From sequence record OZ335964.1: a stretch of 64,000 nucleotides of DNA; one strand, given 5' to 3'. The notes under the pieces were generated by a model that worked only from the letters and a program-made list of their open reading frames with translations, was not told the DNA's origin and did no database searches. Made by a program: the position numbers and the translations under genes. This stretch comes from a phage. Positions 1 through 9,918 of this stretch are shown here, one piece after another. Each line of letters opens with the position of its first letter. Position 1 is the stretch's first letter.

Positions 1-239
1 CACTCCGCAATCACACATTCCATAATATTAAATGCTAACACATCTTCATCAATGTTGTAAACACTTGCTGCCTTCACTTTAACTAATGTGTCTCTGCGAT
101 CTGGCAGCATGATCACATAATCCAGTGTCGCCGGATCATATGTCATAAAGGGATCAATGTAAATCCCTTTATTCAATGCCAGATATTCGCGAAGACCTTC
201 TATAACCCTGTGTCTAAGGTAGGTCATCGATAGAATCAT
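1..239 (-). CDS. hypothetical protein, N-terminal fragment (gene continues beyond window start)
   Basis: ATG at 239 overlapping upstream stop in ATGA fashion; open frame runs to position 1 (MILSMTYLRHRVIEG...). Confidence 0.35.
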   Translation of the reverse strand, partial: MILSMTYLRHRVIEGLREYLALNKGIYIDPFMTYDPATLDYVIMLPDRRDTLVKVKAASVYNIDEDVLAFNIMECVIAE

Positions 240-808
240 TTTAGTTTATGTTCCTCTAAAAATTCTTCAATTTCACCTTGCAGGTCTTCCGCTTGTTGTT
301 CCAGAATATCGCGAAATTCACCTACAGTCAAGCGATAATCACACTTCACCAGTCGATGTGGGAGAATATACCCTTTATACATCGTCTCTGACGCTTCCAG
401 GAATACCCCACTATGCATGACAGAGATCCAACCTGTTAGCGTCAATGGAGTATTCGGAAAATAATACTTGCTGGATTGTTTCCACTGGACGAAAGCACCA
501 TATACAATCGGATTATATTCACCAACCACACTCTTAATAATGGCTTCTACTTTGTCTTTTACAAATACGCCAATGTCCATAGTTACCATCAAATCCTGTG
601 GATGAATCACTTTAAGGTAACGACGATAACCGTCATCATACCACATCTTAACCACTGGCTGACCCCACATTTTAGCAATACGCGCTTTCAGATAGCCATA
701 GATCGGATTCTTGCAATGTGATTGTTTTAGTGTGTATGTGTGCACCAATTCAATAAAATGTTCCATTACCAGCGAATCAGAATCAGCCGCGACCATAGTC
801 GTATTCAT
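236..808 (-). CDS. hypothetical protein
   Basis: ORF track 236..832; likely start ATG at 808 preceded by GAGGAA RBS. Confidence 0.5.
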   Translation of the reverse strand: MNTTMVAADSDSLVMEHFIELVHTYTLKQSHCKNPIYGYLKARIAKMWGQPVVKMWYDDGYRRYLKVIHPQDLMVTMDIGVFVKDKVEAIIKSVVGEYNPIVYGAFVQWKQSSKYYFPNTPLTLTGWISVMHSGVFLEASETMYKGYILPHRLVKCDYRLTVGEFRDILEQQAEDLQGEIEEFLEEHKLK

Positions 809-1100
809 AATATGTTCCTCGTTCAATTTCATATTGTTTCAGGTCTTCTAAAAGCTCATCCATTGCTTGTTTCAGCGTATGACGTAGCGTAAAGTAATAG
901 CTTTCATCAAATTCTATTTCTGCGCGAGGGATAGAGCGAAACTTACACTTAACGGTAGTATCAGTGAGTCGCTTTTCGACCATCATCCGAACTTCTTCAT
1001 GCTCTTTGGAATACCATACATCAACGGAGATCCCCTTACGTCGAGCAAACATAGGCAAAGCTGCATTAAATTCTACTACTTTTTGTGCAAGTGTTTTCAT
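783..1100 (-). CDS. hypothetical protein
   Basis: ORF track 783..1127; internal ATG at 1100 with GGAG RBS, directly after stop of upstream gene. Confidence 0.5.
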   Translation of the reverse strand: MKTLAQKVVEFNAALPMFARRKGISVDVWYSKEHEEVRMMVEKRLTDTTVKCKFRSIPRAEIEFDESYYFTLRHTLKQAMDELLEDLKQYEIERGTYYEYDYGRG

Positions 1101-1101
1101 T

Positions 1102-1347
1102 TTACATACTCCACGATTCACGGGCAATCACATTCTGGGTAATATCAGCAATCTTACGGGATACGATGTTTGTTAGCCCCTCTTTGGTGATATTTTCACG
1201 ATCAAATGGGATTTCGTCATGAGTCCATAACCCAGAGTTAGACCGAAATGATAGCATATACTGACCATCTCGCACAACCTCAAATACATGGATCTTTGTG
1301 AACTTCGCTAAACCTTCGTTGATTTCTTTCAGTGCATTAGTAATCAT
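1102..1347 (-). CDS. hypothetical protein
   Basis: ORF track 1102..1359 begins with TTG; ATG at 1347 preceded by GGAGG. Confidence 0.45.
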   Translation of the reverse strand: MITNALKEINEGLAKFTKIHVFEVVRDGQYMLSFRSNSGLWTHDEIPFDRENITKEGLTNIVSRKIADITQNVIARESWSM

Positions 1348-1402
1348 AACAACCTCCAATCAATTTTTTAGAGAGTATAACGGGGATTTCTCCCCGCGTC
1401 AA

Positions 1403-2428
1403 CTAACTTTTTGCGCTATTTACTTCGGCTAAAAGTTCATCAGAAATACGCTTGACCGCCGCAAGTTCTTCTGGTTCTAGGTTTTGTTCTTCCAGATATT
1501 CATAGACCATCTGAATAGTGCTTTTAACTTCAATAACACCTGTTTCCTGTGATGCGCTACTCTCCAGCTTATGGACCACTTTTAGCTTGTGCACAACGGC
1601 CTCTAACGCGCTTTCTAACTTAGTTAACCCATTATCAGCGACCGTTGCGATAAGACGCACACTAAGCCCCTTAAAGCGTTCTACATCGATTTTATCATCT
1701 GACGGGTAAGTAATACGCACATGATAAGTTTTGTCATTCTGAATAAACTCTTTTTTGTGTGTATCGGTATCGAATACCCAAAAACCACGCGGATCGTTTT
1801 CGTCACCCGCCGTTAGTGTGTATGGTGTACCAATATATGTTACGTTACCGCCATCGCTGATAGTATGAAAGTGACCGGAAAACACTTCACGGTATTTCTT
1901 GAGGAAGTCCGCGCTATAACCTTCGGATTTTAGCCCTTTATAGAAATAGTAACCGGACAATTCCCAATGGCCTACACAATATTCGCTGAATGAGTTTTGA
2001 ATAAACTCTAAAATCTCTGATTTATTGTCATCACAAAACCACGGGAACAGATCAAATGATACACCATCAAAGGTAACTGTTTCCGGCTTATCAATGACCT
2101 TAATGCAATCATACTGGCTTAACACTTCACGCGGTGCGTTAGGCTGGATCTTATTGCGCTTAAACATATCATGATTCCCGACCGTGATATAACAAGTAAT
2201 ACCAGCCTCTTCCAGTAACGGGATGACCTTAGTACGGTTAAATTTCATGGTTTCATGAGTAATTGCTTTTCGGCAATCAAACCAATCCCCTGTTTGAATC
2301 CATGTCTTAATATTATGCTCTTTGGAGTATTCAACCGCTTTCTTGATGGTATCAAGAATATACTCATGCACCCACGGATCATCGCCACCGATACCAGTAT
2401 GCAGATCACCTAAAAGCAAAATTTTCAT
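1403..2428 (-). CDS. 47: recombination endonuclease subunit gp47 (Mre11/SbcD-like phosphoesterase)
   Basis: 341 aa; MKILLLGDLHTG...GDWFD...GNHD...GHFH phosphoesterase motifs; near-colinear with remembered T4 gp47; RBS GAGGAAGAG. Confidence 0.9.
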   Translation of the reverse strand: MKILLLGDLHTGIGGDDPWVHEYILDTIKKAVEYSKEHNIKTWIQTGDWFDCRKAITHETMKFNRTKVIPLLEEAGITCYITVGNHDMFKRNKIQPNAPREVLSQYDCIKVIDKPETVTFDGVSFDLFPWFCDDNKSEILEFIQNSFSEYCVGHWELSGYYFYKGLKSEGYSADFLKKYREVFSGHFHTISDGGNVTYIGTPYTLTAGDENDPRGFWVFDTDTHKKEFIQNDKTYHVRITYPSDDKIDVERFKGLSVRLIATVADNGLTKLESALEAVVHKLKVVHKLESSASQETGVIEVKSTIQMVYEYLEEQNLEPEELAAVKRISDELLAEVNSAKS

Positions 2429-2470
2429 AGTCTCTTCCTCTCTTCGTTTTCGATGCTCTCACTATATCAC

Positions 2471-2508
2471 AGAAAAATAAAAAGGGAAACCCCTTTCGGA
2501 GTCTCCCT
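2471..2508 (-). terminator. intrinsic terminator
   Basis: minus-strand hairpin GGGAGAC..GUUUCCC followed by U-run. Confidence 0.55.
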
Positions 2509-2518
2509 TATAAAGCCA

Positions 2519-2806
2519 TTACAGCATACTTAATACCGTTTGCCGTGTACTGACCCACATAGCAGAAAGCAGTTCTGGCGTGTGTGGCTGTTTGTAGATA
2601 TCACGTAACTTTCCGATAGCGTAGATATACGCATCACGGTTATCATCGATGATAGCTTGTTCAGCCCACCGCTTAAGGCGTGCAATCTCTCGCGAGTTCT
2701 TACGCAAGATCTTTTCCGCTTTCTTAGCGGCTTTCGCCTCTAGTTCTGCTTGAACTTTGTCTACTTCATTCACTACAATCTGGTCATGTTGTTCATCGTA
2801 AGTCAT
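2519..2806 (-). CDS. hypothetical protein
   Basis: 95 aa ORF, ATG + AGAAGGAAA RBS; intrinsic terminator downstream. Confidence 0.5.
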   Translation of the reverse strand: MTYDEQHDQIVVNEVDKVQAELEAKAAKKAEKILRKNSREIARLKRWAEQAIIDDNRDAYIYAIGKLRDIYKQPHTPELLSAMWVSTRQTVLSML

Positions 2807-2807
2807 A

Positions 2808-3041
2808 TTATTTTCCTTCTGGGATATAGTCGATGATTAAAGAAAATTCATCTTCTGATACATTATAGCTATGTGAGATTGTACCCGTAAAGACCTCAAG
2901 ATCCGGTGACTTGATATTACACGGATCGATAATCACCGGAACGCCGCAATCTCTCAAAAATAATTTGGCGAAATACGGCACAAGGTCAGTTTCAAACTCT
3001 GCTTCTTCCAGCAAACGGGAAATGTTAATTTTCAATCTCAT
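2808..3041 (-). CDS. hypothetical protein
   Basis: 77 aa ORF with ATG start, tightly packed between gp55 and next gene. Confidence 0.45.
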   Translation of the reverse strand: MRLKINISRLLEEAEFETDLVPYFAKLFLRDCGVPVIIDPCNIKSPDLEVFTGTISHSYNVSEDEFSLIIDYIPEGK

Positions 3042-3558
3042 AAAATTGGTCCAGGCTAGGCAATTCCTCGGTCAATACATCTTCAACCTTTGGCGCTTTC
3101 GGTTTATTGACCGATTCCTCGTAGTTGTTGATTTTATCGTAAATGTCCTGTATGAATGCCTCATCCGCAATCTGGCACATATCAGCGTCGCGTTCGTCAT
3201 ATACATGATGCACAAAATATTTGTATTTTGCGGCTGTCGCTGTTCTTTCTTTTTTAATGCGCTGCACAAAAGCATTAAAGCACGCTTGCGTAATGTAAGC
3301 ATGAGGATTTTTATACTTTGTCTCGTCAAAATTAATCAAACCCTTGACCGCCGCTTCGATTCCGTCGTCGATCATTTCTTCGCGCCATGTTTGACTATAG
3401 CCAGAAAAGTTAAAACGCCGTGATAGATTTTTAGAGATTTGCATAATTGCTAGACCGATTTGGTCGCTCATTGGCACTTGCCGACCTTCTGCTGCAATTC
3501 GTTGTTTCCAACGGCAAATTTCTTCGTAAAGCTCTTTATTGTTTACATAATCAGACAC
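3025..3558 (-). CDS. 55: late-transcription sigma factor gp55
   Basis: 177 aa; YVNNKEL...FNFSGY...[29 protein letters not shown] matches remembered T4 gp55; GTG start with GAGGGT RBS. Confidence 0.9.
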   Translation of the reverse strand: MSDYVNNKELYEEICRWKQRIAAEGRQVPMSDQIGLAIMQISKNLSRRFNFSGYSQTWREEMIDDGIEAAVKGLINFDETKYKNPHAYITQACFNAFVQRIKKERTATAAKYKYFVHHVYDERDADMCQIADEAFIQDIYDKINNYEESVNKPKAPKVEDVLTEELPSLDQFYEIEN

Positions 3559-3598
3559 TTCGCACCCTCGCTATTATTTAGGAAATAACCCTTTCGGG

Positions 3599-5068
3599 CT
3601 ATTCCCCATTACCATTATACTTTCTTTGCTTAGTTATCCACACTCTAACCATTTCTACTGATTCGCCGTCAGACGGATCAAGAGTTTTTCCTTTTTTCTT
3701 CATGCGGTACTTAAATCCGTTAAATCTTGCATTCTCTTGCTCGTTAAAGTCGAACATCTTTTTAAATGATTTTCGCCCTTTACGCTCACCACATTCTAGC
3801 GGAATCATTCGGTCTGTTATTACATTGGCATTAGGTAGAAACGTTTTTAGATAATCCACCAACGCCCAATCAGGAACATATAGATTAACATTCTCCTTGC
3901 TCTCGTTGTCTCTCAGGTTACAACGCAAACATAATTGAAATGCTGGTTCCAGATAATCAGACACATGACGCGCTTTCAAAAACTCGTTTGTCGGGAGATC
4001 ACAACTATTAGCAAGACCTTTTAAAATATCAATCTCCCATCGTTGAGGGTTAAAGCTGAACATCACAGCAACATTTTTATGATGAATGTAAGAGTTAAGA
4101 CCATAAGATCCGTAAGGTATCCGCTCACCAATACCATTTGTGCACGCTTCTCGGTCCCGATTCACGGTATAAATGAAGTCATCACCACATTCATTTTTAA
4201 CCATATCAACAAGACGTTCAAAGGTATTGTTTGTTTCTGACTGGTGACGCGACCATCGTTCAGAGTCCGTCATAAGGATGATGTTAACTCTATCTGTATT
4301 TTTATACTCTTTGAAATATAGTCTGGATTCTAGCGCACTCGGAACAAAATCGCAATTTGCATAGTATCGTAGATACTTCCCACTATATGTATCAAAGAGA
4401 TTTGCACATGCTATCGTAACCTTTTTAAAGTCTCCCCACGTACCGTGTTTGTTATCGTTCAAGAAAACAATTTTCGACCCATTCTTCCGGTGTCCTTCGT
4501 TATGTTTTACCATAACGTTGATTTTCTTCTCTAATAACGCCTCATAAAGCCCTCTAAGCGAAGAATCGATCATATCAGTACCATCCTTCGCACTTTCTAT
4601 CTTTTCTTTGATAGCGGACTTCTCAGAGTCTTTTAGAACTAAGTTCTGTAGGCATTCCGATTCGTCGGCGATTGGTTCGCAATGCTTCGTGATAAGTTCA
4701 AGATTAGACTTAAACGGATACTCATTAAATTCAACCAGTTGAGGAACTTCATCAATGTAAAGAGCATAATCACCAAACATTTTTGAACGTTCCATATTAG
4801 ATAACGCTGTATGTGTAATGAATATCACATCAGCACCGTCTTTAACTGATTGCATTATCGACGCTTGCACTGTCTTAAGGCTTCTTAGTCGTGTGCTATC
4901 AATCAAGACAGCACGACCGCCCATTCTTTTAAACTTATTGTAAGATTGTTCACTTAAAACACGAGATGGCGAAGCAATAACCGCTTTTTCTTTTGTCTCT
5001 AGGACGTGGGAAAGTATAGCATCAGTTTTCCCCGCCGCTGGCAATGCGATTAATGTTTCAATCTTCAT
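3599..5068 (-). CDS. P-loop NTPase of unknown function (Walker A ALPAAGKT, Walker B ALYIDE)
   Basis: 489 aa; Walker A/B motifs read directly; sits after gp55, next to the slot where T4 has a-gt; no family assignment possible without search. Confidence 0.6.
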   Translation of the reverse strand: MKIETLIALPAAGKTDAILSHVLETKEKAVIASPSRVLSEQSYNKFKRMGGRAVLIDSTRLRSLKTVQASIMQSVKDGADVIFITHTALSNMERSKMFGDYALYIDEVPQLVEFNEYPFKSNLELITKHCEPIADESECLQNLVLKDSEKSAIKEKIESAKDGTDMIDSSLRGLYEALLEKKINVMVKHNEGHRKNGSKIVFLNDNKHGTWGDFKKVTIACANLFDTYSGKYLRYYANCDFVPSALESRLYFKEYKNTDRVNIILMTDSERWSRHQSETNNTFERLVDMVKNECGDDFIYTVNRDREACTNGIGERIPYGSYGLNSYIHHKNVAVMFSFNPQRWEIDILKGLANSCDLPTNEFLKARHVSDYLEPAFQLCLRCNLRDNESKENVNLYVPDWALVDYLKTFLPNANVITDRMIPLECGERKGRKSFKKMFDFNEQENARFNGFKYRMKKKGKTLDPSDGESVEMVRVWITKQRKYNGNGE

Positions 5069-5355
5069 TAGAAACCCTTACGTCGTGCTTTCTGGCATTT
5101 CTTGATCATTTTATCAGAAATTTCGCGCTTAGGTGCAATCTCTTTCACACCGAAAGCACTAATGCCAAATTCAGAGAGAATATATTCAACCAACAATTCA
5201 CGCACACGCGCTTTACCGATATTCACGCCGTTATTTTTCAGATATGTCTGGCCTTCGACTTGCATCAGATCTAAATCTGCGTCGGTAATATTGATTTCTT
5301 CCATGCGCCCAAATCGAGAATAAACCATGTGTGCGATTGCATTGTGTACTAACAT
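5068..5355 (-). CDS. hypothetical protein
   Basis: ORF track 5068..5373 begins with TTG; ATG at 5355 preceded by GAGGAA. Confidence 0.45.
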   Translation of the reverse strand: MLVHNAIAHMVYSRFGRMEEINITDADLDLMQVEGQTYLKNNGVNIGKARVRELLVEYILSEFGISAFGVKEIAPKREISDKMIKKCQKARRKGF

Positions 5356-5376
5356 AATATATTCCTCACTCAAGAA

Positions 5377-5535
5377 TTACTTAATGATACTTACTTTACC
5401 AGATCCATGACAATGAGCGCAACACCCATCACCACGCAATCCTGTTCCGTTACAGTGTTTACACTTCTTCAACGGTAAAGCCATTATAGCAAATAAAGCA
5501 ATAATGAATACCGAAACTAAATTCTCAATAATCAT
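5377..5535 (-). CDS. small membrane-anchored protein with two DnaJ-type CxxCxGxG zinc-finger repeats
   Basis: 52 aa not in ORF track: MIIENLVSVFIIALFAIMAL (TM) then CKHCNGTG...CAHCHGSG; start overlaps stop of upstream glutaredoxin. Confidence 0.4.
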   Translation of the reverse strand: MIIENLVSVFIIALFAIMALPLKKCKHCNGTGLRGDGCCAHCHGSGKVSIIK

Positions 5536-5794
5536 AAATCGCCCTCAGTTCTTTATAGCCTCCAATGTGCTCGTTGTCAATGAATATCTGGGGGTATACA
5601 AACCGGAGGCTCTTTGAGTTCAGCCTCCCCGCCAGTTCTTCAATCATATCACGGTCGGGAATAATGTCAACCCCGACCTGCTTGAATACTGGTTTAAGTG
5701 TATACGGAATACCCAGATCATCCAGTAGCTTCATTGCACTAATACAACCATAACAATGATAAGCCTCTTTCGGTATACCGTATATCTCGATCAT
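5525..5794 (-). CDS. nrdH: glutaredoxin-like protein (NrdH-like)
   Basis: 89 aa; CYGC redox motif, YPQIFIDNEHIGGY glutaredoxin signature; position between gp55 and nrdG as in T4. Confidence 0.8.
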   Translation of the reverse strand: MIEIYGIPKEAYHCYGCISAMKLLDDLGIPYTLKPVFKQVGVDIIPDRDMIEELAGRLNSKSLRFVYPQIFIDNEHIGGYKELRAIYDY

Positions 5795-6267
5795 TTCTCA
5801 GCCTTTAATCTTTCTAGTTCTTCTTCCAGTTCCTTGATCCGTTGGTCACGTTCAAAGTCACGCTGTAACTTAGTGGCGAATACTCGTTTAAACTGATTGT
5901 AATCATCGATTTTAAACACTTCTTCTTCGCCATAGCGACGCACAGAAACTTCGTAGTTATTGAAGAATTGTTGCATCATTGCTTCGGATGATAGCTCTGC
6001 TGATACCACTTTAAAATATTGATCTTCTGTAGGCGAAAACCAATTACAAGCATAAAGATAAACCTTTTCATTGTCTGGACACTGGTAAGCCTTACCATCG
6101 ATTTCAATCACAGAAACATATTCAGGTATACTAGATGAATCAATAGCTAAGACTTTAAACGCACGGTCCCCGATAAACTCGGAGATCACACGATTCGCAT
6201 CACTGGTTGCAAATGCTTTACGCGCTTGTTCGTTTTTCCACTGATAGGTCATACCAACAACAAACAT
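5791..6267 (-). CDS. paralog-family protein (GxTYxWK beta domain + C-terminal coiled coil)
   Basis: ATG at 6267 with GAGGA RBS; MFVVGMTYQWKNE...VIEIDGKAY... then EELERLKAEK-type coiled coil. Confidence 0.55.
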   Translation of the reverse strand: MFVVGMTYQWKNEQARKAFATSDANRVISEFIGDRAFKVLAIDSSSIPEYVSVIEIDGKAYQCPDNEKVYLYACNWFSPTEDQYFKVVSAELSSEAMMQQFFNNYEVSVRRYGEEEVFKIDDYNQFKRVFATKLQRDFERDQRIKELEEELERLKAEK

Positions 6268-6268
6268 A

Positions 6269-7093
6269 TTACCATCCTCGCTCTTTACCAATCAAAAATT
6301 CAACTTCACGACGTTTAATGTCTTCTTGAAGGTCTTTAATCTTCTGGCGATCTTGCATGATTTCATCCATCTTGTCAAGTGCCGCAATGAAATCATCGAA
6401 ACGTTCAAAGGTTTTACCTTCATTTGCTTCGCCAAATTTAACCATTGTCAGTCCGTAACGACTACTAAACAGACGTTTCAACTGTCCAACGATCTTAGAA
6501 TCAGTGGTTATAACTTCCAATTCTTCTACTTCACGAAAGAATTTTCTATCAGAATCAATAAACCAGCTAGTTCCTTTATGGTCTCTATCTTCGGTTGCGC
6601 TCATTAGAGTATGGTCTTTACCATCAATTTCAATTACATCAATTTGCCCACATGGACTAACATTTTTAACAGTAAAAGGTCTATAATTTATTGCTCGTGC
6701 AATAACATAATTAAGGTTAGATACGTTTTCAGCATAATGGCAGAAGTCGGTCATAGCATTCGCATCTTTCCAAGTATAAGTTTTACCAACTTCCCATTTC
6801 TGGGGAACTTCTTCAACTTCACGAAAGAATTTTCGATCGAATGGACTAAAGAAATATGTTGCAGTCCAAATGTCTTTTCCTGTAGCAGTTTTCGCCGTAT
6901 GATAAACACCGTCTAGCTCTATTGCATTAATCCAACCGTTACCCTCGATCTCGATGATGGTAAATGGCTTGTCACCAATAGCTGCACTAATATCGCTGTT
7001 AAGTGGAGAAAGAACACCTTCTCCGTTAGTAATAAACTCAGTTTTAGCGTTTTCATCTTTCCAAGTGTAAGTTTTACCAATTTCCCATTTCAT
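6269..7093 (-). CDS. paralog-family protein with two tandem KWEVGKTYTWKD...DRKFFREVEE domains
   Basis: 274 aa; the ~90 aa domain occurs twice in this one protein. Confidence 0.6.
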   Translation of the reverse strand: MKWEIGKTYTWKDENAKTEFITNGEGVLSPLNSDISAAIGDKPFTIIEIEGNGWINAIELDGVYHTAKTATGKDIWTATYFFSPFDRKFFREVEEVPQKWEVGKTYTWKDANAMTDFCHYAENVSNLNYVIARAINYRPFTVKNVSPCGQIDVIEIDGKDHTLMSATEDRDHKGTSWFIDSDRKFFREVEELEVITTDSKIVGQLKRLFSSRYGLTMVKFGEANEGKTFERFDDFIAALDKMDEIMQDRQKIKDLQEDIKRREVEFLIGKERGW

Positions 7094-7105
7094 AATATAT
7101 TCCCC

Positions 7106-7570
7106 TTAACCGATTTTATCAAGTTCGTTTAATGCTTTCTCTGCTTCCTGTATAGCTTGCACCCTTTCCGGCATTTTGTCAAGAAAATCTTTCAACTCTT
7201 CAAAACTGGAGATATGACGCAAGGCGTTAGCACCGATAGCCGCATGTGATTTGCATTCAAAGCGAATTTTATAATTATCCATCGCCAACTTGAGAAGATC
7301 AATTAGTTTAGATTCTTCTGGAATACTAATTTCTTCAAATCTGCTACGGTCGTGATCCAGAAACCAACAAGATAGACCTACATCGGTTGAACTCATATAA
7401 GTTCCATCATGAAGATATACAGATCGCACGTATCCTTTTTTCGCATCAACCGACGCAACTTTAAACGGTAATCGCAGATATTTCAAATAATCAACATCAT
7501 ACCATTTAAAAAATTGGTTTGCATCTTTTACATCTTTCCACGCATAGGTCTTACCAACTTCCCATTTCAT
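7106..7570 (-). CDS. paralog-family protein (single KWEVGKTY domain)
   Basis: ORF track 7106..7585; homologous start MKWEVGK at 7570. Confidence 0.55.
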   Translation of the reverse strand: MKWEVGKTYAWKDVKDANQFFKWYDVDYLKYLRLPFKVASVDAKKGYVRSVYLHDGTYMSSTDVGLSCWFLDHDRSRFEEISIPEESKLIDLLKLAMDNYKIRFECKSHAAIGANALRHISSFEELKDFLDKMPERVQAIQEAEKALNELDKIG

Positions 7571-7574
7571 AATA

Positions 7575-8099
7575 TCATCTCTCATTTTTGATACGTGATT
7601 CTAATTGGATCATACGGTCTCGCGTTTGCTTGTATTCACGGATATTGCCGATCCGGCTAGGCATACCATCAAGCACGCTCTTAATCCCTTCTAGGGTAGT
7701 GATTTTAGCAATGCTATTATGTAACCCCATCTTATCGATCAACTGAATGTCGTAGGCTTCCATAAGCAGACCCAGACGTTCTAAAGTTAGGTCTTCTTTT
7801 TCTTCCGATTCTGGAATCTTAGGTTCAATAGTAACTTCGGTAAAGAAACGACGCTCACCAGCCCAAAACCACACACCGGAAAAGCCAATAGGGGATTCTT
7901 TTAACGTCATAGAGTCGTAACCACTGCCGATAATAGTAATTTCTCTAACATCACCATCATCGTCAATGTCTTCTACCCTAAACGGGCGACCAGCCAACAA
8001 GTCCACAATACGTCTGTTAATAGACGACGAAAATTTAGTCAGTTCGGCTTTCGACGCTTCGCATTCAATCTTGTAAGTTTTACCAACTTCCCATTCCAT
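7575..8099 (-). CDS. paralog-family protein (MEWEVGKTY domain)
   Basis: ORF track starts with GTG at 8108; ATG at 8099 with GAGGTGA RBS. Confidence 0.55.
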   Translation of the reverse strand: MEWEVGKTYKIECEASKAELTKFSSSINRRIVDLLAGRPFRVEDIDDDGDVREITIIGSGYDSMTLKESPIGFSGVWFWAGERRFFTEVTIEPKIPESEEKEDLTLERLGLLMEAYDIQLIDKMGLHNSIAKITTLEGIKSVLDGMPSRIGNIREYKQTRDRMIQLESRIKNER

Positions 8100-8109
8100 A
8101 ATAATCACC

Positions 8110-8613
8110 TCAAATAATTTTCACTGGAATACTATTAACAATCTTGTATTGTACTTGATTGTCAGACCCCCGCCACGGCTTCTTCGTTGGCATATCTTTA
8201 ATATAACGCCCATCGATGAACATGTCAACTGATTCTACAATTTTTCTTTGCTCATCATTCAATTGGTCAAGGGTATAACCGGACCATAGCCAAATATCTT
8301 TATTTGGCATCCATGATTTTACCTCATCGATGATCCGCTGTACACCCTTTAAATTGCGTTTATACAGTGGATCACCACCTAAGAATGTTAGCCCCTGAAT
8401 AAAATCAGGTCTAAGCAGATCCAGAATCAATCCCATTGTATCATCGGTGAATGGTTCCCCGTTCTTAGGATTGAGTAGGCTAGCATTAAAGCAACCATCA
8501 CATGCGTGTGAACATCCGGTAACGTAAAGGGAGACTCTCACTCCCTCACCGTTAACCATATCACAATCTTTAATATCGGCATAGCGTAGTTTGCCGTATG
8601 TATCAGAACTCAT
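8110..8613 (-). CDS. nrdG: anaerobic ribonucleotide reductase activating protein NrdG (radical SAM)
   Basis: CSHACDGC radical-SAM cysteine motif; size and position as T4 NrdG. Confidence 0.85.
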   Translation of the reverse strand: MSSDTYGKLRYADIKDCDMVNGEGVRVSLYVTGCSHACDGCFNASLLNPKNGEPFTDDTMGLILDLLRPDFIQGLTFLGGDPLYKRNLKGVQRIIDEVKSWMPNKDIWLWSGYTLDQLNDEQRKIVESVDMFIDGRYIKDMPTKKPWRGSDNQVQYKIVNSIPVKII

Positions 8614-8755
8614 ATTCAATTACCCCGAACTCGTTTACAATCTGCGCTTTATAGTAACCACCGCGAGATGCCAATAGATAAGCTGGGCTTAGGTATTCGC
8701 ATTCACGGATTTCTACTTGTGCGTTTTCAGTTTCCCAAATCAGTAAAGTCCACAT
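8603..8755 (-). CDS. small hypothetical protein (promoter-stem-loop cassette ORF)
   Basis: ORF track 8603..8830 overlaps the promoter; ATG at 8755 with AGGAGAATCAAAT leader. Confidence 0.35.
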   Translation of the reverse strand: MWTLLIWETENAQVEIRECEYLSPAYLLASRGGYYKAQIVNEFGVIEYEF

Positions 8756-8797
8756 ATTTGATTCTCCTGTAAAGTTGTATCTCGTCTTGATGAATAT

Positions 8798-8826
8798 AGT
8801 ATAGGGGATCTCGCGATCCCCGTCAA
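8798..8826 (-). promoter_or_regulatory. sigma70-like early promoter with spacer stem-loop (TTGACG-N17-TATACT)
   Basis: minus strand; spacer is palindrome GGGGATC..GATCCCC; A-rich upstream tract. Confidence 0.5.
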
Positions 8827-8830
8827 GCAT

Positions 8831-9358
8831 TTATTTTAAATTTTTTCGAATGTATTCAGACCATTCTCTGCCAGTAAGTTCGGTCCCATTCTGGAAACTG
8901 AAATACTCATACGGCATCGAGTCAAGATAAAACAGGATCATACATCGCGCCATATAATACCAATCACGATTAAAGTAAACTACGTTATCACCAGTACCAT
9001 CAACCCCTTTATCATAACCATCGCGGGTACGGGCGACCCATTGAATAGTATCATTTTTCTCACGGATCGTAACAGGTTCCCAATATCCAGCACATCCAGC
9101 ATGACCACACGAACAAGTAAGGAAATATTGACCTTTTGCTTTGTTGTCATCCCATTCACGATGGATTGGTTCGATCTCGTGAAACAGTGCTAAGCAATCA
9201 TGATTATGCAACACTGGCTTACCATCAATCAATGCATGGAATGTATACAAACGACCAGTAGACAAATAGCTATCCTCACGCTCAACCAGTTCAATAGCAA
9301 TCTTTTTAGCTCGTTCTTTGTGTCGTTGTGCTTTACGCTTACGGTTTAATGATTTCAT
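8831..9358 (-). CDS. hypothetical protein
   Basis: ORF track 8831..9379 begins with TTG; ATG at 9358 with GAGGTGA RBS. Confidence 0.5.
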   Translation of the reverse strand: MKSLNRKRKAQRHKERAKKIAIELVEREDSYLSTGRLYTFHALIDGKPVLHNHDCLALFHEIEPIHREWDDNKAKGQYFLTCSCGHAGCAGYWEPVTIREKNDTIQWVARTRDGYDKGVDGTGDNVVYFNRDWYYMARCMILFYLDSMPYEYFSFQNGTELTGREWSEYIRKNLK

Positions 9359-9375
9359 ATTCACCTCACACATTA

Positions 9376-9918
9376 TCAAAGGTCGCGATATAGTACATTA
9401 TGAAAATGAGAACTTGCATTACCAATATTGTAGATAATAAATTCTTCATCCGGCGCTTGCGCTACAAATTGAGTATGAGCAACCGCCACAACCTTAAAAA
9501 TACGATCCGTGATCTTGTGTTTAATTTCGGCTCCTACTTCCATAGGAACATATTCATGTGTTTCTGTTTCAGTCGCAAAACAGCCATCTTCTTCATAAGC
9601 ACGAACAAATCGATCGCAATCAGTACGCTTAACAAATTCAAGAGTATACAATTCTCGTGAATTGTCGGTATAGACCAATACAGAATTATTATGATAGCGA
9701 ATCACATACAGGTTATTATCATCGTCAATTACGCAAAAGCTACGGATTCCTTCGCCTATACTCCAGCAGATATTAACCACCGTTCCTCTAATAAAAAAAC
9801 TTTCCTTTAAATTAAAACTAGTCAATGTGCTAGCGTGCATTTTAACAACAACACCATCGCCAATTTCCAGTTTACGAAGTTTAACTTCTTTGCTCAGTAC
9901 ACAAAACATCATCATCAT
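9376..9918 (-). CDS. hypothetical protein
   Basis: 180 aa; ATG run (MMMM) with GAGAGGA RBS; promoter-stem-loop element upstream. Confidence 0.5.
   Translation of the reverse strand: MMMMFCVLSKEVKLRKLEIGDGVVVKMHASTLTSFNLKESFFIRGTVVNICWSIGEGIRSFCVIDDDNNLYVIRYHNNSVLVYTDNSRELYTLEFVKRTDCDRFVRAYEEDGCFATETETHEYVPMEVGAEIKHKITDRIFKVVAVAHTQFVAQAPDEEFIIYNIGNASSHFHNVLYRDL

Noticed and set aside
2911-3423. 170 aa plus-strand ORF overlapping gp55
   Set aside because: Fully antisense to the well-supported gp55 gene; no RBS or promoter; and plus-strand genes are otherwise absent from this half of the window.
3565-3595. Hairpin GAAUAGCCC-GAAA-GGGUUAUUUC between the NTPase gene and gp55 as a terminator
   Set aside because: Not followed by a U-run on the minus strand; may be an RNA stability or processing element but not a confident intrinsic terminator.
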